Assembly (NCBI GenBank): GCA_036395115.1
Contig: DASWDU010000011.1
Span: 549-64,548 of the forward strand
DNA length: 64,000 nt
Direction of reading: 5' to 3'
Source of the DNA: Thermoplasmata archaeon
Lineage (GTDB): Archaea; Thermoplasmatota; Thermoplasmata; RBG-16-68-12
Shown: positions 34,658 to 43,982 of the stretch, one piece after another
Layout of the letters: every line of letters starts with the position of its first letter
Numbering within the stretch: position 1 is the first letter of the stretch
The notes under the pieces: model-generated
The model's input: only the letters and a program-made list of their open reading frames with translations
The model's database searches: none
Told to the model about the DNA's origin: nothing
Program-made: the position numbers and the translations under genes

Positions 34658-35053
34658 GTGCGGCCTCCGTCGAGATCCGTGGTCGCCGTCCTGCAAATCG
34701 TCGGAACCGAACTTCTGGTCATCCTCATCGGCGTCTGTTTCGCCACGCTCCTGGCCGTCATCGTCGCCGCCCTCTGGTTGCACGGGGACGCGCAGAGCCG
34801 TGGGATGGACGCGACCGTGTGGATCGTCCTGCTCATCCTCGCCTCGTTCTTCGGCGGATTCATCGGCTTCGCGATCGTCGTAGTTGTCTACCTCGTCGTG
34901 CGGGGGAACCATCCCGTCGGAGGCGCGATGCCCTACGGATACGTCCCGTACCCGGTCGCCCCGCAGGCGGCTTGTCCCGTCTGCGGCGGTCCGATGACCT
35001 GGTACCCGGAGTACCAGCGCTGGTACTGTCCGTCGTGCGGGCAATACCGCTAG
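34658..35053 (+). CDS. membrane protein with a C-terminal zinc ribbon (CPVCGGPMTWYPEYQRWYCPSCGQYR)
   Basis: Three predicted TM helices, then a CPxCG...W...WYC..C..YR ribbon. 131 aa. Confidence 0.55.
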   Translation: MRPPSRSVVAVLQIVGTELLVILIGVCFATLLAVIVAALWLHGDAQSRGMDATVWIVLLILASFFGGFIGFAIVVVVYLVVRGNHPVGGAMPYGYVPYPVAPQAACPVCGGPMTWYPEYQRWYCPSCGQYR

Positions 35054-35126
35054 CGCGTCAGGCGGCGGAACGGCGCCCGGAGCCAAGGGCCGGCGCGTCA
35101 AAAGCCTTGGGTCGCGGGGCGGCGCT

Positions 35127-35294
35127 TCAGGAAATCGGCCACCGGTACGTGACGAGCAGGACGAGCGCCGAGAGGCCGATGCACAAGACGACGACGACCC
35201 ACGGCGGGATCTTCAGCGCCTTCTCGTCCTCTTGGTCGAAGTAGCGGATGAGGCCCGCCGCCGAGTGGAAACCGGAGTCGCGGTCGCGTGCCAT
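35127..35294 (-). CDS. preprotein translocase subunit Sec61beta
   Basis: 55 aa: MARDRDSGFHSAAGLIRYFDQEDEKALKIPPWVVVVLCIGLSALVLL..., typical archaeal Sec61beta. The longer ORF extension is rejected. Confidence 0.75.
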   Translation of the reverse strand: MARDRDSGFHSAAGLIRYFDQEDEKALKIPPWVVVVLCIGLSALVLLVTYRWPIS

Positions 35295-35405
35295 GCACTC
35301 GCCGTCTCCATGCGGGATGGAATCTAAAACCTTTCGCATCCGGCCCGGGCTGCAGAGGATTAATACGCGGCTTCCGGATGGCGGCTCGCCCCCGGGGGGC
35401 CTTCG

Positions 35406-35678
35406 TTGGCCGAGTCCGACATCGTCTACATCGGCAAGAAGCCGACGATGAACTACGTCCTCGCCGTCGTCACTTACTTCAACGGCGGCTCGCGGGATGT
35501 CGTGGTGAAGGCCCGGGGTCGGTCGATCTCTCGCGCGGTCGACGTCGCGGAGATCGTCCGTGGCCGCTTCGTCCCGGAGGCGAAGGTCCGCGATGTGCGC
35601 ATCGCGACGGAGAAGGTGACGTCGGAGGAAGGCCGCGCGACGAGCGTGAGCAGCATCGAGATCGTCTTGTCGCGATGA
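35406..35678 (+). CDS. albA: chromatin protein Alba
   Basis: 90 aa with Alba conservation ([20 protein letters not shown]...[15 protein letters not shown]). Confidence 0.9.
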   Translation: MAESDIVYIGKKPTMNYVLAVVTYFNGGSRDVVVKARGRSISRAVDVAEIVRGRFVPEAKVRDVRIATEKVTSEEGRATSVSSIEIVLSR

Positions 35679-35681
35679 CGC

Positions 35682-36587
35682 TTGGCGAGAAAGACATTTA
35701 TCATCCTTCCCTTTAGCCGTCGCCGCGTGTCGCCGATCGACGTGCTGCTCCTCCTCGCCCTCTTCGCGTTCCTCGCGGGGATCGGGGGGTCGTTCCTCGG
35801 CATCGGCGGCGGCGTCTTCCTGATCCCCTTCATGACGCTCGTCCTGGGGATCGACATCAAGGTCGCAATCGCGACGAGTCTGATTGGCGTCATCGCCACA
35901 TCGTCGGGCGCTGCGTCCGTATACGTGCGGGACCACCTGACGAACTTGCGGCTCGCGATGTTCCTCGAGGTCGCGACCACGCTCGGGGCGATCGTCGGTG
36001 CGGTCGCCGGACTTCTGCTCCCGGGCCCGTACCTCTTCGGCGTGTTCGGGGTCGTCGTGCTGTACGCCGCAGGGGCGATGGCGCGCACCCCCGAGACGGC
36101 GAAGGACCGGGCGTACCAGGCGGGCGAAGAGTCCCCGCTCTCGACTCGCCTGAACCTCGGGAGCGTGTACTTCGATCAGGAAGACCAGGGCGTCTACCGC
36201 TACCGCGTCGACCGTCCGGGCGCGGGCTTCGGCGTCAGCGCGACGGCCGGCCTGTTCTCCGGCCTCCTCGGCGTCGGAGGCGGCTTCATCAAGGTGCCCG
36301 CGATGAACATGCTCATGCGCGTGCCGATGAAGGCCGCGGTGGCGACGAGCAACTTCATGATCGGGGTCACGGCCGCGGCGAGTGCGTTCATCTACTACTC
36401 CCAGGGTTGGGTGAACCCGAGTTACGCGGCGATGGTGATCGTCGGCGTCTTCAGCGGCTCGAACCTCGGCACCCGGGTCCTCGTGCGGTCGAAGGCGCAG
36501 CGGGTCCGGTTCGTGTTTTCGGTCTTCCTCGCGGCGATCGGTATCTTCATGGCCATCCGGGCGGCGGGGATCGAGATGACGCTATGA
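35682..36587 (+). CDS. TauE/SafE-family sulfite/anion exporter
   Basis: Duplicated GIGGG TM motifs (FLGIGGGVFLIPFM; LLGVGGGFIKVPAM). The TTG at 35682 and the GTG at 35727 are both possible starts. Confidence 0.75.
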   Translation: MARKTFIILPFSRRRVSPIDVLLLLALFAFLAGIGGSFLGIGGGVFLIPFMTLVLGIDIKVAIATSLIGVIATSSGAASVYVRDHLTNLRLAMFLEVATTLGAIVGAVAGLLLPGPYLFGVFGVVVLYAAGAMARTPETAKDRAYQAGEESPLSTRLNLGSVYFDQEDQGVYRYRVDRPGAGFGVSATAGLFSGLLGVGGGFIKVPAMNMLMRVPMKAAVATSNFMIGVTAAASAFIYYSQGWVNPSYAAMVIVGVFSGSNLGTRVLVRSKAQRVRFVFSVFLAAIGIFMAIRAAGIEMTL

Positions 36588-36988
36588 TGTACCCGCGCGT
36601 CGGCCTGAAGATGGTCCAGAATCGGATTGCCGCGCTGCGCCGCGCGGTCGTCGCGGAAGTCGAGGACATCAACCGCCTCATCTATCACGTCCTCCGGGGC
36701 GGCGTCGTCGTCTCGGTGGCGTTCATCGTGTTCGCTTTCATCCTGGAAAGCCTCGGCGGGGGAGACATTCCGTCGCACTCGATCGCCGCGCGCAACCTCC
36801 TCCCGCAACTCGTCCGCTTCACCCCCGCGGGCTATCTGAACCTCGGGATCCTGCTGATGATCTTCACCCCCGTGGCCCGCGTGGTGCTGAGTTTCCTGTC
36901 GTTCGCGGAGGAGCGGGACCGCACGTACGTCGTGCTGACGGCGTTCGTGCTCCTGAACCTGTCGGTGAGCGTGTTCCTGCTGGCGTGA
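36584..36988 (+). CDS. DUF1634-family membrane protein
   Basis: 134 aa from an ATG that overlaps the TauE stop (ATGA). Two-TM architecture of the DUF1634 type. Confidence 0.6.
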   Translation: MMYPRVGLKMVQNRIAALRRAVVAEVEDINRLIYHVLRGGVVVSVAFIVFAFILESLGGGDIPSHSIAARNLLPQLVRFTPAGYLNLGILLMIFTPVARVVLSFLSFAEERDRTYVVLTAFVLLNLSVSVFLLA

Positions 36989-37008
36989 GCCTTTAAGGCG
37001 CCCCACGC

Positions 37009-38229
37009 TTGCGGAGGACCGTGGACGAGGTCCTCGCCGCCGCACGCCTGGTCGATTGGTCGAAGCTCGGCGATCGGACGCTGTGCGACGCCTGCCTCGG
37101 TCGCCTCCTCGGCAAGGTCGGCCATGGACACACGAACGAGGAGCGAGGCCGCGCGATCCGGGACGTCACGGGCCGCGCGGACGGGCCGTGCTGGGTGTGC
37201 GCGGGGCTGACGGCCCGCTACGACGGGCTCGCCGAGTTCGTCGTCCGCACGCTCGGGCCGTGGGAGTACGACACGTTCCGCGTCGGCTCGCGGATCGATC
37301 GGGAAGCCTCGGCCCGCGAGGAGTCGCTGTGGTCCGACCTCGCGCTCTCCGCGGCGGAGCCGCTGAAGGCCGAAGTGAATCGCGAAGTCGGAAAGCGCGT
37401 CTCCGAGGCGGTCGACAAGGAGCCGGACGTGGCCGCGCCCGACATCGTCGCGATCCTCGACCCCGCGTTCGACCACGTGGACTTGCAGGTGAACCCGCTC
37501 TATCTCCGCGGCCGCTACCGGAAGGTCGTCCGGGGCGTGCCGCAGACCCGGTGGCCGTGCCGACGGTGCATGGGCAAGGGATGCGCGCGATGCGGCGGGA
37601 CCGGCAAGATGTATCCGACGAGCGTTGAGGAGGCCATCGCCGCCGAGGTCATGCGGGAGTCCGGCGGAACGGGCCACGCGCTCCACGGGATGGGCCGCGA
37701 GGATGTCGACGCGCTCATGCTCGGCCGCGGCCGTCCGTTCATCCTCGAGATCAAGGAGCCTCGTCGCCGGCACATCGATGTCGTGTCCGCGGTCGCCCGC
37801 ATCAACGCGTCCGGCATCGTCGAGGTCGACCAGCTCGTCCCGGCGCGGGGCGCCGACGTCGTCCCGTTGAAAGAGGACCGCGCGGCGAAGACGTACCGCG
37901 TCCTCTTCCGGATGGTCCCTCCCGTCGCGGAAGCAAAGCTTAAAACGGCCGTGCCAGTTTTGGTGGCCGAGCCGATCGCCCAGCGCACCCCCGAACGGGT
38001 CGTTCACCGGCGTGCGGATACCACGAGGCATCGACGCATCCTGGCGGCGGAGGTCGTCCGGGTCGACGAAGACCGCGCGGAGATCCGCGTGACGGCGGAG
38101 GCGGGGACTTACGTCAAGGAGTGGATCCACGGGGACCGCGGAAGGACGTCGCCGTCCCTCGCGGAACGGCTGGGGGTCGCCTGCGAGGTGATCGAGCTCG
38201 ACGTCTTGGACGTCCACGACGACCGGTGA
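37009..38229 (+). CDS. pus10: tRNA pseudouridine synthase Pus10
   Basis: CDAC...CWVC zinc ribbon, a THUMP-like region, and a Pus10 catalytic domain (GREDVD...EWIHGDRGRTSPS). Confidence 0.8.
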   Translation: MRRTVDEVLAAARLVDWSKLGDRTLCDACLGRLLGKVGHGHTNEERGRAIRDVTGRADGPCWVCAGLTARYDGLAEFVVRTLGPWEYDTFRVGSRIDREASAREESLWSDLALSAAEPLKAEVNREVGKRVSEAVDKEPDVAAPDIVAILDPAFDHVDLQVNPLYLRGRYRKVVRGVPQTRWPCRRCMGKGCARCGGTGKMYPTSVEEAIAAEVMRESGGTGHALHGMGREDVDALMLGRGRPFILEIKEPRRRHIDVVSAVARINASGIVEVDQLVPARGADVVPLKEDRAAKTYRVLFRMVPPVAEAKLKTAVPVLVAEPIAQRTPERVVHRRADTTRHRRILAAEVVRVDEDRAEIRVTAEAGTYVKEWIHGDRGRTSPSLAERLGVACEVIELDVLDVHDDR

Positions 38230-38234
38230 GACCG

Positions 38235-38525
38235 ATGGTGAAGGCCTCGAAAGGGATCATGGAGAAGACGCGGCAGAAGTTCCGCCGCAGCCCCCGCGAG
38301 CGCGGGCTCTCCCCGATCACGCGGTCCTTCCAGACGTTCGAGGACGGCGACCGCGTTACGATCGTGATCGACTCGAGCGTCCAGCGCGGCTGGCCACACC
38401 ACCGATTCCACGGCATGACGGGCACCGTCGTCGGGCGGCGCGGCGGCTCGTTCCTCGTCGACGTGCGCTTCGGCGGCAAGATCAAGCAGGCCGTGGTCCG
38501 GCCCGAGCACCTGAGGCGGGCGTAG
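38235..38525 (+). CDS. rpl21e: 50S ribosomal protein L21e
   Basis: Internal ATG MVKASKGIMEKTRQKFRR.... 96 aa, L21e. Confidence 0.9.
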   Translation: MVKASKGIMEKTRQKFRRSPRERGLSPITRSFQTFEDGDRVTIVIDSSVQRGWPHHRFHGMTGTVVGRRGGSFLVDVRFGGKIKQAVVRPEHLRRA

Positions 38526-38535
38526 GGGGGAGATC

Positions 38536-38856
38536 ATGGAGGAAATGTTCGTCTCCCTCGCCGAGCTGAAGGTCATCCTCGAGAAAGAGAAAGCCGCCCG
38601 CGGCGAGTTGAACCCAGAGCAGCAATACTCCCTCTCGCACGCGTCTCTCTTCGCCCGCGTGCCCGCGGACAAGGTCCCCGGGATCGTGAAGGAGCTCATG
38701 GAGGTCCCCATGATGTCGCCCTTCAACGCGGTGAAGATTGCCGACCTGATGCCGACCCACTTGGACGACGTCCGCGCGATCTTCGCCAAGGAACGGTTCG
38801 CCCTCTCCAAAGAGGATGCGGAGAAAGTCCTCGAGATCGTGGGGAAGTACCGCTGA
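38536..38856 (+). CDS. rpoF: DNA-directed RNA polymerase subunit F (Rpo4/Rpb4 homolog)
   Basis: 106 aa in the conserved position after rpl21e, with an Rpb4-like helical pattern. Confidence 0.8.
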   Translation: MEEMFVSLAELKVILEKEKAARGELNPEQQYSLSHASLFARVPADKVPGIVKELMEVPMMSPFNAVKIADLMPTHLDDVRAIFAKERFALSKEDAEKVLEIVGKYR

Positions 38857-38869
38857 CGAGGCGAGCCGC

Positions 38870-39418
38870 ATGGAAGATTACGCCCGCATCCTCGACTACT
38901 TACCGCAAGGCCATCCGGACCAGTCGAAGTTCCACCGTGAGCCGCTCGCGTACGCGCTCGGTGTGGACGAGTTCAAGCTGTTCGAGCTCGTGCCGAAGGA
39001 AGGAGTCGCCTTGTCGATTGGACAACGGGTGTACATCGGCAAGGAAGTCGACCAGCGGACGGAGGTCTTGCACGTGAAGCGCCGCGTCGGATACGAGGAG
39101 CTGACGACGGCCGCGCAGAAGGAGATGCCGTTCGTGGTCCAGGAGACGGTCAAAGAGAAAGAGGCGAAGTTCGTGGACTTCTTCAACCGCGCGCAGGCGA
39201 TCACGACGCGGTTCCACATGCTCGAGCTCCTCCCGGGCCTGGGGAAGAAGACAATGTGGGCGATCCTCGAGGAGCGAAAGAAAGGCCCGTTCCTGTCGTT
39301 CCAGGACCTCGAGCAGCGGGTCGCGAGCGTCCATCATCCGGAGAAGCTGGTCGCGAAGCGGATCGAGATGGAGATTTCCGACCCGACTCAGAAGTACCGG
39401 CTCTTCGTCGCCCGTTAA
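38870..39418 (+). CDS. DUF655-family nucleic-acid-binding protein
   Basis: MEDYARILDYLPQGHP...FELVPKEG is the DUF655 N-terminus. Conserved partner of rpl21e-rpoF in archaea. Confidence 0.75.
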   Translation: MEDYARILDYLPQGHPDQSKFHREPLAYALGVDEFKLFELVPKEGVALSIGQRVYIGKEVDQRTEVLHVKRRVGYEELTTAAQKEMPFVVQETVKEKEAKFVDFFNRAQAITTRFHMLELLPGLGKKTMWAILEERKKGPFLSFQDLEQRVASVHHPEKLVAKRIEMEISDPTQKYRLFVAR

Positions 39419-40290
39419 GCCGCGGCTTTCGTCAAGTCGGTCTCGATTTCTCGAACATCGTGGGACGACAGCCCGAGCTTCTTCCGCAGCGCTTCGAGGA
39501 GTTCGCGTTCTTCGTCGGTGATCGGGCCGCCTTCCAGTGCCTCGGCGGCGACCGCGCGGTAAATCCCTGTCCGGGTCTCGAGCACCTCTTCGATGACCTG
39601 GCTCTCGATCCGTTCCTGCTCCTCTTTCGAGATCCCGAGGTTCTCCCGGAGCTGCTCGACGAGCAGGCGTTCCGTCGCCGTCACTCGGCCGTCCTTCCAT
39701 GCCGTCATGACGGCGCGCGTGTACTCCTCGACGCGCTTCACCCGCTCGTCCATCGCGCGCTTGCGGCGGTCGTCGATGCCCTCCAGGTACTCGAGATCGA
39801 GCTCGTCGACGTTCATCGCCTCGCGCACGATATCGGAGAACGTGAGGTGGACGGAGGTCGCGCGGTCGATCTCCGCCAAGGTCATGTCCTTCGTCACCCC
39901 GGCGACCTTCACGGGGACGCGGACCGTCGAGAGGCGCTCCTTGATCCCCATCGCCCGCTCCCACCCGCGCGGCGCGAGGTAGTACGCGAGCATCCGTTGC
40001 TTCTCGCCTTCGATATGCGCCTTCGTCTCGACGAGAAAGCCGTCCCGGACCATCTCGTCGAGGTAGCGGGAGAGGTGCTTCCGCTGCACGCCCGCCGCGA
40101 ACGCGATTCCCTTCTGGGTCAGCGCTTGCGGCAGCACGTACCGCTCCTCCGTGTTCCGGAAGTCGGACAGATACAGCAGGATGCGGTCTTCCGTGCCGAG
40201 CGCGAGTGGTGAATCCGGCTTCACGGCCCGGGAACGTTTTGCGTAGCGGATAATCCTTCGCGTGTCTCGATTCGGGGACCCGGTCGGCAC
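39415..40290 (-). CDS. putative transcriptional regulator: N-terminal winged HTH plus two C-terminal TerB-like repeats
   Basis: HTH-like KHLSRYLDEMVRDGFLV. Repeats are ITxxERxLLExLRxxLGIS (x2). The start is uncertain. Confidence 0.5.
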   Translation of the reverse strand: MPTGSPNRDTRRIIRYAKRSRAVKPDSPLALGTEDRILLYLSDFRNTEERYVLPQALTQKGIAFAAGVQRKHLSRYLDEMVRDGFLVETKAHIEGEKQRMLAYYLAPRGWERAMGIKERLSTVRVPVKVAGVTKDMTLAEIDRATSVHLTFSDIVREAMNVDELDLEYLEGIDDRRKRAMDERVKRVEEYTRAVMTAWKDGRVTATERLLVEQLRENLGISKEEQERIESQVIEEVLETRTGIYRAVAAEALEGGPITDEERELLEALRKKLGLSSHDVREIETDLTKAAA

Positions 40291-40325
40291 CTTCTTAAAG
40301 CCTTTTCGGACTCGCTCGAGGGCGC

Positions 40326-41660
40326 ATGCTCACGCTCCCGATGCAACCGCCTCCGGAGTTCGGCGCGCTCTTCGACGCGGACACGCGTGCCGCGATCGCG
40401 AGCGGCCTCTGCGTCTCGTGTCGTGGCGCGAAGCTCCTCTGCGGCAAATCGCGCTGCCCGATCATGGTCCGCTGGGACTCCATGATGAAGACCGCCCCGA
40501 TGATCGATCGGGTGGATCTCGACGGCTCCTCCCCGCCGGGGGTGTTCGTCGGCCGCTTCGGCTATCCGAAGGTCTTCGTCGGACCCCTCGTGCCGCCGGT
40601 CCACGGCGACACGCAGATCCTCGATTCGCCGGAGGCATGGGTCGGCCTTCCGATGGACGACATCGTGAGGTTCCGGTCGCAGCTCGTCCGCGGCATGCAC
40701 CGGGTGCACGTGATGGACGTCGACCGCGGTGGCCGGCTCGTCGACTCGACGCGGGAGCTCGCCCTCGCGACGTCGCCGGCAGAGGTCGAGGCGGGCTTCA
40801 GCCGTAGGCCGCACGGCCGCGTCGTCCTGGACGACAACGTGCAACCGTTCGGGCCGTCCGCGCCGCTGACGCGCCTCGACGTCGGCACGCTGAAAGTCGA
40901 CGCGGCCATCGACCGCGCGTATTCGGACGCGGACCTGAAGGCGAAGGACGCCGTCCTCGGGCTCTTCGACCGGAATGTCCCGGTCTCCAAGATCCAGCGG
41001 GCGTTCAGCGTCGGCGCGTTCGGGATCGAGAAGGCGCGTCGGTTCGTGCCCACCCGGTGGTCGATCACCGCCGTCGACGACACGATCGGCAAGGCGTTGC
41101 GGGACCAGGTGAAGTCGTCGCCGCTGATCAACGAGATCCGAGTGTACGAGGCGGTCGGGTACGACGACCGATTCCTGGCGGTCATGATCCCGAGGCCGTG
41201 GCGGTACGAGCTGATCGAGGCGTGGTATCCGAACACCTTGTGGAACCCGCTCGGGCGCGAGATCGTGATGTTCGGGGACCACGAAGGGTTCGAGGGCCGC
41301 ACGACGTACGCGAGCATCGGCGGCTGCTACTACGCTGCGCGCCTCGCCGTCGGGGAGGCGTTGGTCCGGGAACGCCGACAGGCCGCGACGGTCATCTTGC
41401 GCGAGACGCACCCGGGGTACATCATGCCGGTCGGCGTCTGGAACGTCCGGGAGCACGTGCGGGAGGCCCTGCGGCGCCGCCCCGCCGTATTCGAGACGAT
41501 GGCCGCGACCCTGTCCCATCTTCGGACGCGGCTGGACATCCCGATGGAGCGATACGTCCGCGTCAGCGAGGTCCTCAAGCACGTCCTGTACCAGCGGACG
41601 TTCGACGACTTCGTCCTCTGGGATGCGGGCCGCCTCGCGCTCCCGGCGTCGCAGGCTTAA
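40326..41660 (+). CDS. nreA: NreA-family archaeal DNA repair protein
   Basis: N-terminal CVSCRGAKLLCGKSRCP zinc motif and GSSPPGVFVGRFGYPKV characteristic of Nre. 444 aa. Confidence 0.75.
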   Translation: MLTLPMQPPPEFGALFDADTRAAIASGLCVSCRGAKLLCGKSRCPIMVRWDSMMKTAPMIDRVDLDGSSPPGVFVGRFGYPKVFVGPLVPPVHGDTQILDSPEAWVGLPMDDIVRFRSQLVRGMHRVHVMDVDRGGRLVDSTRELALATSPAEVEAGFSRRPHGRVVLDDNVQPFGPSAPLTRLDVGTLKVDAAIDRAYSDADLKAKDAVLGLFDRNVPVSKIQRAFSVGAFGIEKARRFVPTRWSITAVDDTIGKALRDQVKSSPLINEIRVYEAVGYDDRFLAVMIPRPWRYELIEAWYPNTLWNPLGREIVMFGDHEGFEGRTTYASIGGCYYAARLAVGEALVRERRQAATVILRETHPGYIMPVGVWNVREHVREALRRRPAVFETMAATLSHLRTRLDIPMERYVRVSEVLKHVLYQRTFDDFVLWDAGRLALPASQA

Positions 41661-41680
41661 GGCGCGCGGGGCGCTTCCGG

Positions 41681-42142
41681 GTGGTCGTGCCCGCATCCGC
41701 GGAATCCCCGGACGAGCCGGTCCCTGCCGTCAGCGCGATCGTTTTCCGGGGCGATGAGGTCCTCCTCGTGAAGCGGGCATCCGAACCGAACAAGGGGCGG
41801 TGGAGCATCCCGGGGGGCGTCCTCGAAGTCGGAGAGACGATCGAGGAGGCGGCGATTCGAGAGACGCGCGAGGAGACGAACGTCGTCGTGCGCCCGCGGG
41901 AGGTGTTCGGCGTGAGCGATTACATCGAGAGGGACGGGTCAGCCGTCCGATGGCATTACGTCCTGATCGACCTCCTCTGTGACTACGTCAGCGGAGATCC
42001 GTTCCCGGCGACGGACACCGAGAACGCCCGCTTCATCCCGCTCCGAGAACTCGGGGAGTACGAACTCGCGCCCGCCGCACTCGAGGTCGTCCAGGAGGCC
42101 GCAAAGGACCGCGGGAGCGCAGCGCTTTCGGGCCCGCGCTGA
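41681..42142 (+). CDS. NUDIX hydrolase
   Basis: NUDIX box GGVLEVGETIEEAAIRETREETN. GTG start. Confidence 0.75.
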   Translation: MVVPASAESPDEPVPAVSAIVFRGDEVLLVKRASEPNKGRWSIPGGVLEVGETIEEAAIRETREETNVVVRPREVFGVSDYIERDGSAVRWHYVLIDLLCDYVSGDPFPATDTENARFIPLRELGEYELAPAALEVVQEAAKDRGSAALSGPR

Positions 42143-42167
42143 TCTGCGAAGCCTCTTGTGGGCTCGG

Positions 42168-42887
42168 ATGCATTCGCGTCCCGTGGCGGTTCCATCCGGC
42201 ATCGCCCGCAAGATCCGGACGATCCTCGACGTGCAGGACGTCCCGATCGCTCCACCCGCACGACGCGGAGGCCGCAGCTGGCTGCTGCATCCCCGCCGGC
42301 TCGAGGTCCTGCTCGCGTCGGCCGCGTATCCGGGCCTGCACGAGCGATCCGCGTCCCGGCTCCTGCTCCTGCCGCTCCCGTCGCTCCGATACCATGTGGA
42401 GCAGCTTGTGGCCCAAGGATTCCTCGAACGTCGTCGATACGCCGGTCGCACGTCCCTCTTCGCGTCCGGGATGTATCCTCGGGCATCCGAGTGCTTCCTC
42501 GTCGCGTGGGAGGACCGCATCGATCGGGCGATCCTCGTCGCACTCGCGCGAACGCCGAAGGCAGCGGCCGACGCGATTGCGAAGGCGGCCCGCATCTCCA
42601 CCCCGGGGGCCGTGGCAGGGCTCCGGCGACTCGCCGCGATTGGCGCCGTCCGGCTCTCTCGGGACCGCGTGCCTCGCGCATCCCTGACCGCAGGGTGGCG
42701 TGCGTTCGAACGAGACTGCCACGTGCGGACCGGCGCGCGCCTCGATCGCTTCGTCGCCCTGTTGCAGCGCGACGACCTGCACCCGGTCGTCGAGCCTCTG
42801 GACCGGAGCCGCGTGCGCATCACGGTCGACGGGCCACGCTCCCGGATCCGTTTCGTGCTGCCGCTCGATCCGATCGCTCGAGGGTAA
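42168..42887 (+). CDS. hypothetical protein, possible HTH regulator
   Basis: Internal ATG of ORF 41979..42887. Arg/Ala-rich with HTH-like segments. Weakly supported. Confidence 0.4.
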   Translation: MHSRPVAVPSGIARKIRTILDVQDVPIAPPARRGGRSWLLHPRRLEVLLASAAYPGLHERSASRLLLLPLPSLRYHVEQLVAQGFLERRRYAGRTSLFASGMYPRASECFLVAWEDRIDRAILVALARTPKAAADAIAKAARISTPGAVAGLRRLAAIGAVRLSRDRVPRASLTAGWRAFERDCHVRTGARLDRFVALLQRDDLHPVVEPLDRSRVRITVDGPRSRIRFVLPLDPIARG

Positions 42888-42941
42888 GGCTTCCCAGAAC
42901 TCCGTCGATATGTTTATCGGGCCTCCACTCCGTGCGCTATC

Positions 42942-43958
42942 GTGGCCGCCCCTACCCCTGCGCCCGCCGGCCCGCCGGTGCCGTATTGGCCGTCCGTCGT
43001 CGTGAAGCCGGACACGCTCCGGGGCGTGCAGACGTACTACGTTTGCCTGATCCTCGACATCATCTTCGGCGTGTTCGCGCTGACCGTCGGTACCGCGGCG
43101 ATCCTGCTGACGACGTCCGATCAGGCGTCTGCCTTCGCTGCGGCGTCGATCATCGGTTCCGCGGCGTGCGGCCTCGTCATTGTCTTCGTGATTAACTTCA
43201 TCGTCGCGCTCATGTCCGTCCTCCGCATGCACCACGGGGCGAACGAATACGGCCCCGACCACGCCCGAGACGCGAGCCGCGGCGTCCTCTTCAAGTGGAT
43301 CGGCACGACGCTTTCCACGATCGCCACGATCCTCGTTGTGTCCCTGCTCATCACGGGCAGCTCGTTCCTACTCGGAGCGGGAACCGTGTCCGGGACCGTC
43401 TTCGTGCCGTTGCTCGTGACGGTCTTCTGGACCGCCGGCGTCGGCTCGAAGGCCCAGATGTACCGCTTCATGGTCCGATCCCTCCAGCCTCCGGAGACCC
43501 GTCGGTGGGCCGACGCCGCGAGCGTCCTCATCCCGACCCTCGGCGTCATCGGGATCGCCGCGGTCGGATTCCTGACCGTCCGTCTGCTCGACCTCGCAGC
43601 GAACCCGTCCACCGTCTCCTCGGAGGAAGCCCTCCGGATGTCGACGCTGCTCATCGGCGGCGTGTTCCTTCCGCCGGGCCTCGCCCTCGTCGGGTACGTG
43701 ATCTTCCTCTCCATCTATGCGAAGACACGGGCCCGGCTCGATGCCGGGCTCGCACAGCTGTACCGGGCGGTGCCCCCGCCGCTCGCTTGGGCGTGGCCAC
43801 CCGCCCCTGCGCCCGCGCCATCTCCCGCTCCTTCGAACCCGTCGGCCGTAGCGGCGCCGCCGCCTGCCGTCGCGTCGGGGAATTGCGCGACGTGCGGGGT
43901 CGCGGTGCCCGCCGAGGCGATGTTCTGCATGAACTGCGGGACCCGAGTGCGAGGGTGA
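42942..43958 (+). CDS. polytopic membrane protein with a Pro/Ala-rich linker and a C-terminal double zinc ribbon (CATCG...CMNCG)
   Basis: Seven predicted TM helices, then PPPLAWAWPPAPAPAPSPAPS low complexity, then CxxCG...CxxCG. Confidence 0.5.
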   Translation: MAAPTPAPAGPPVPYWPSVVVKPDTLRGVQTYYVCLILDIIFGVFALTVGTAAILLTTSDQASAFAAASIIGSAACGLVIVFVINFIVALMSVLRMHHGANEYGPDHARDASRGVLFKWIGTTLSTIATILVVSLLITGSSFLLGAGTVSGTVFVPLLVTVFWTAGVGSKAQMYRFMVRSLQPPETRRWADAASVLIPTLGVIGIAAVGFLTVRLLDLAANPSTVSSEEALRMSTLLIGGVFLPPGLALVGYVIFLSIYAKTRARLDAGLAQLYRAVPPPLAWAWPPAPAPAPSPAPSNPSAVAAPPPAVASGNCATCGVAVPAEAMFCMNCGTRVRG

Positions 43959-43982
43959 CGCCCGGGTAACCGGAACCCACAT

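Noticed and set aside
40221-41696. 491-aa minus-strand ORF opposite nreA
   Set aside because: Antisense to NreA, with R/D/E/P-rich composition.
43740-43870. apparent short tandem DNA repeat (GCCCCTGCGCCCGCGCCATCTCCCGCTCC)
   Set aside because: It is the coding sequence for a Pro/Ala-rich low-complexity linker (PAPAPAPSPAPS) in the 42942 membrane protein, not a non-coding repeat.
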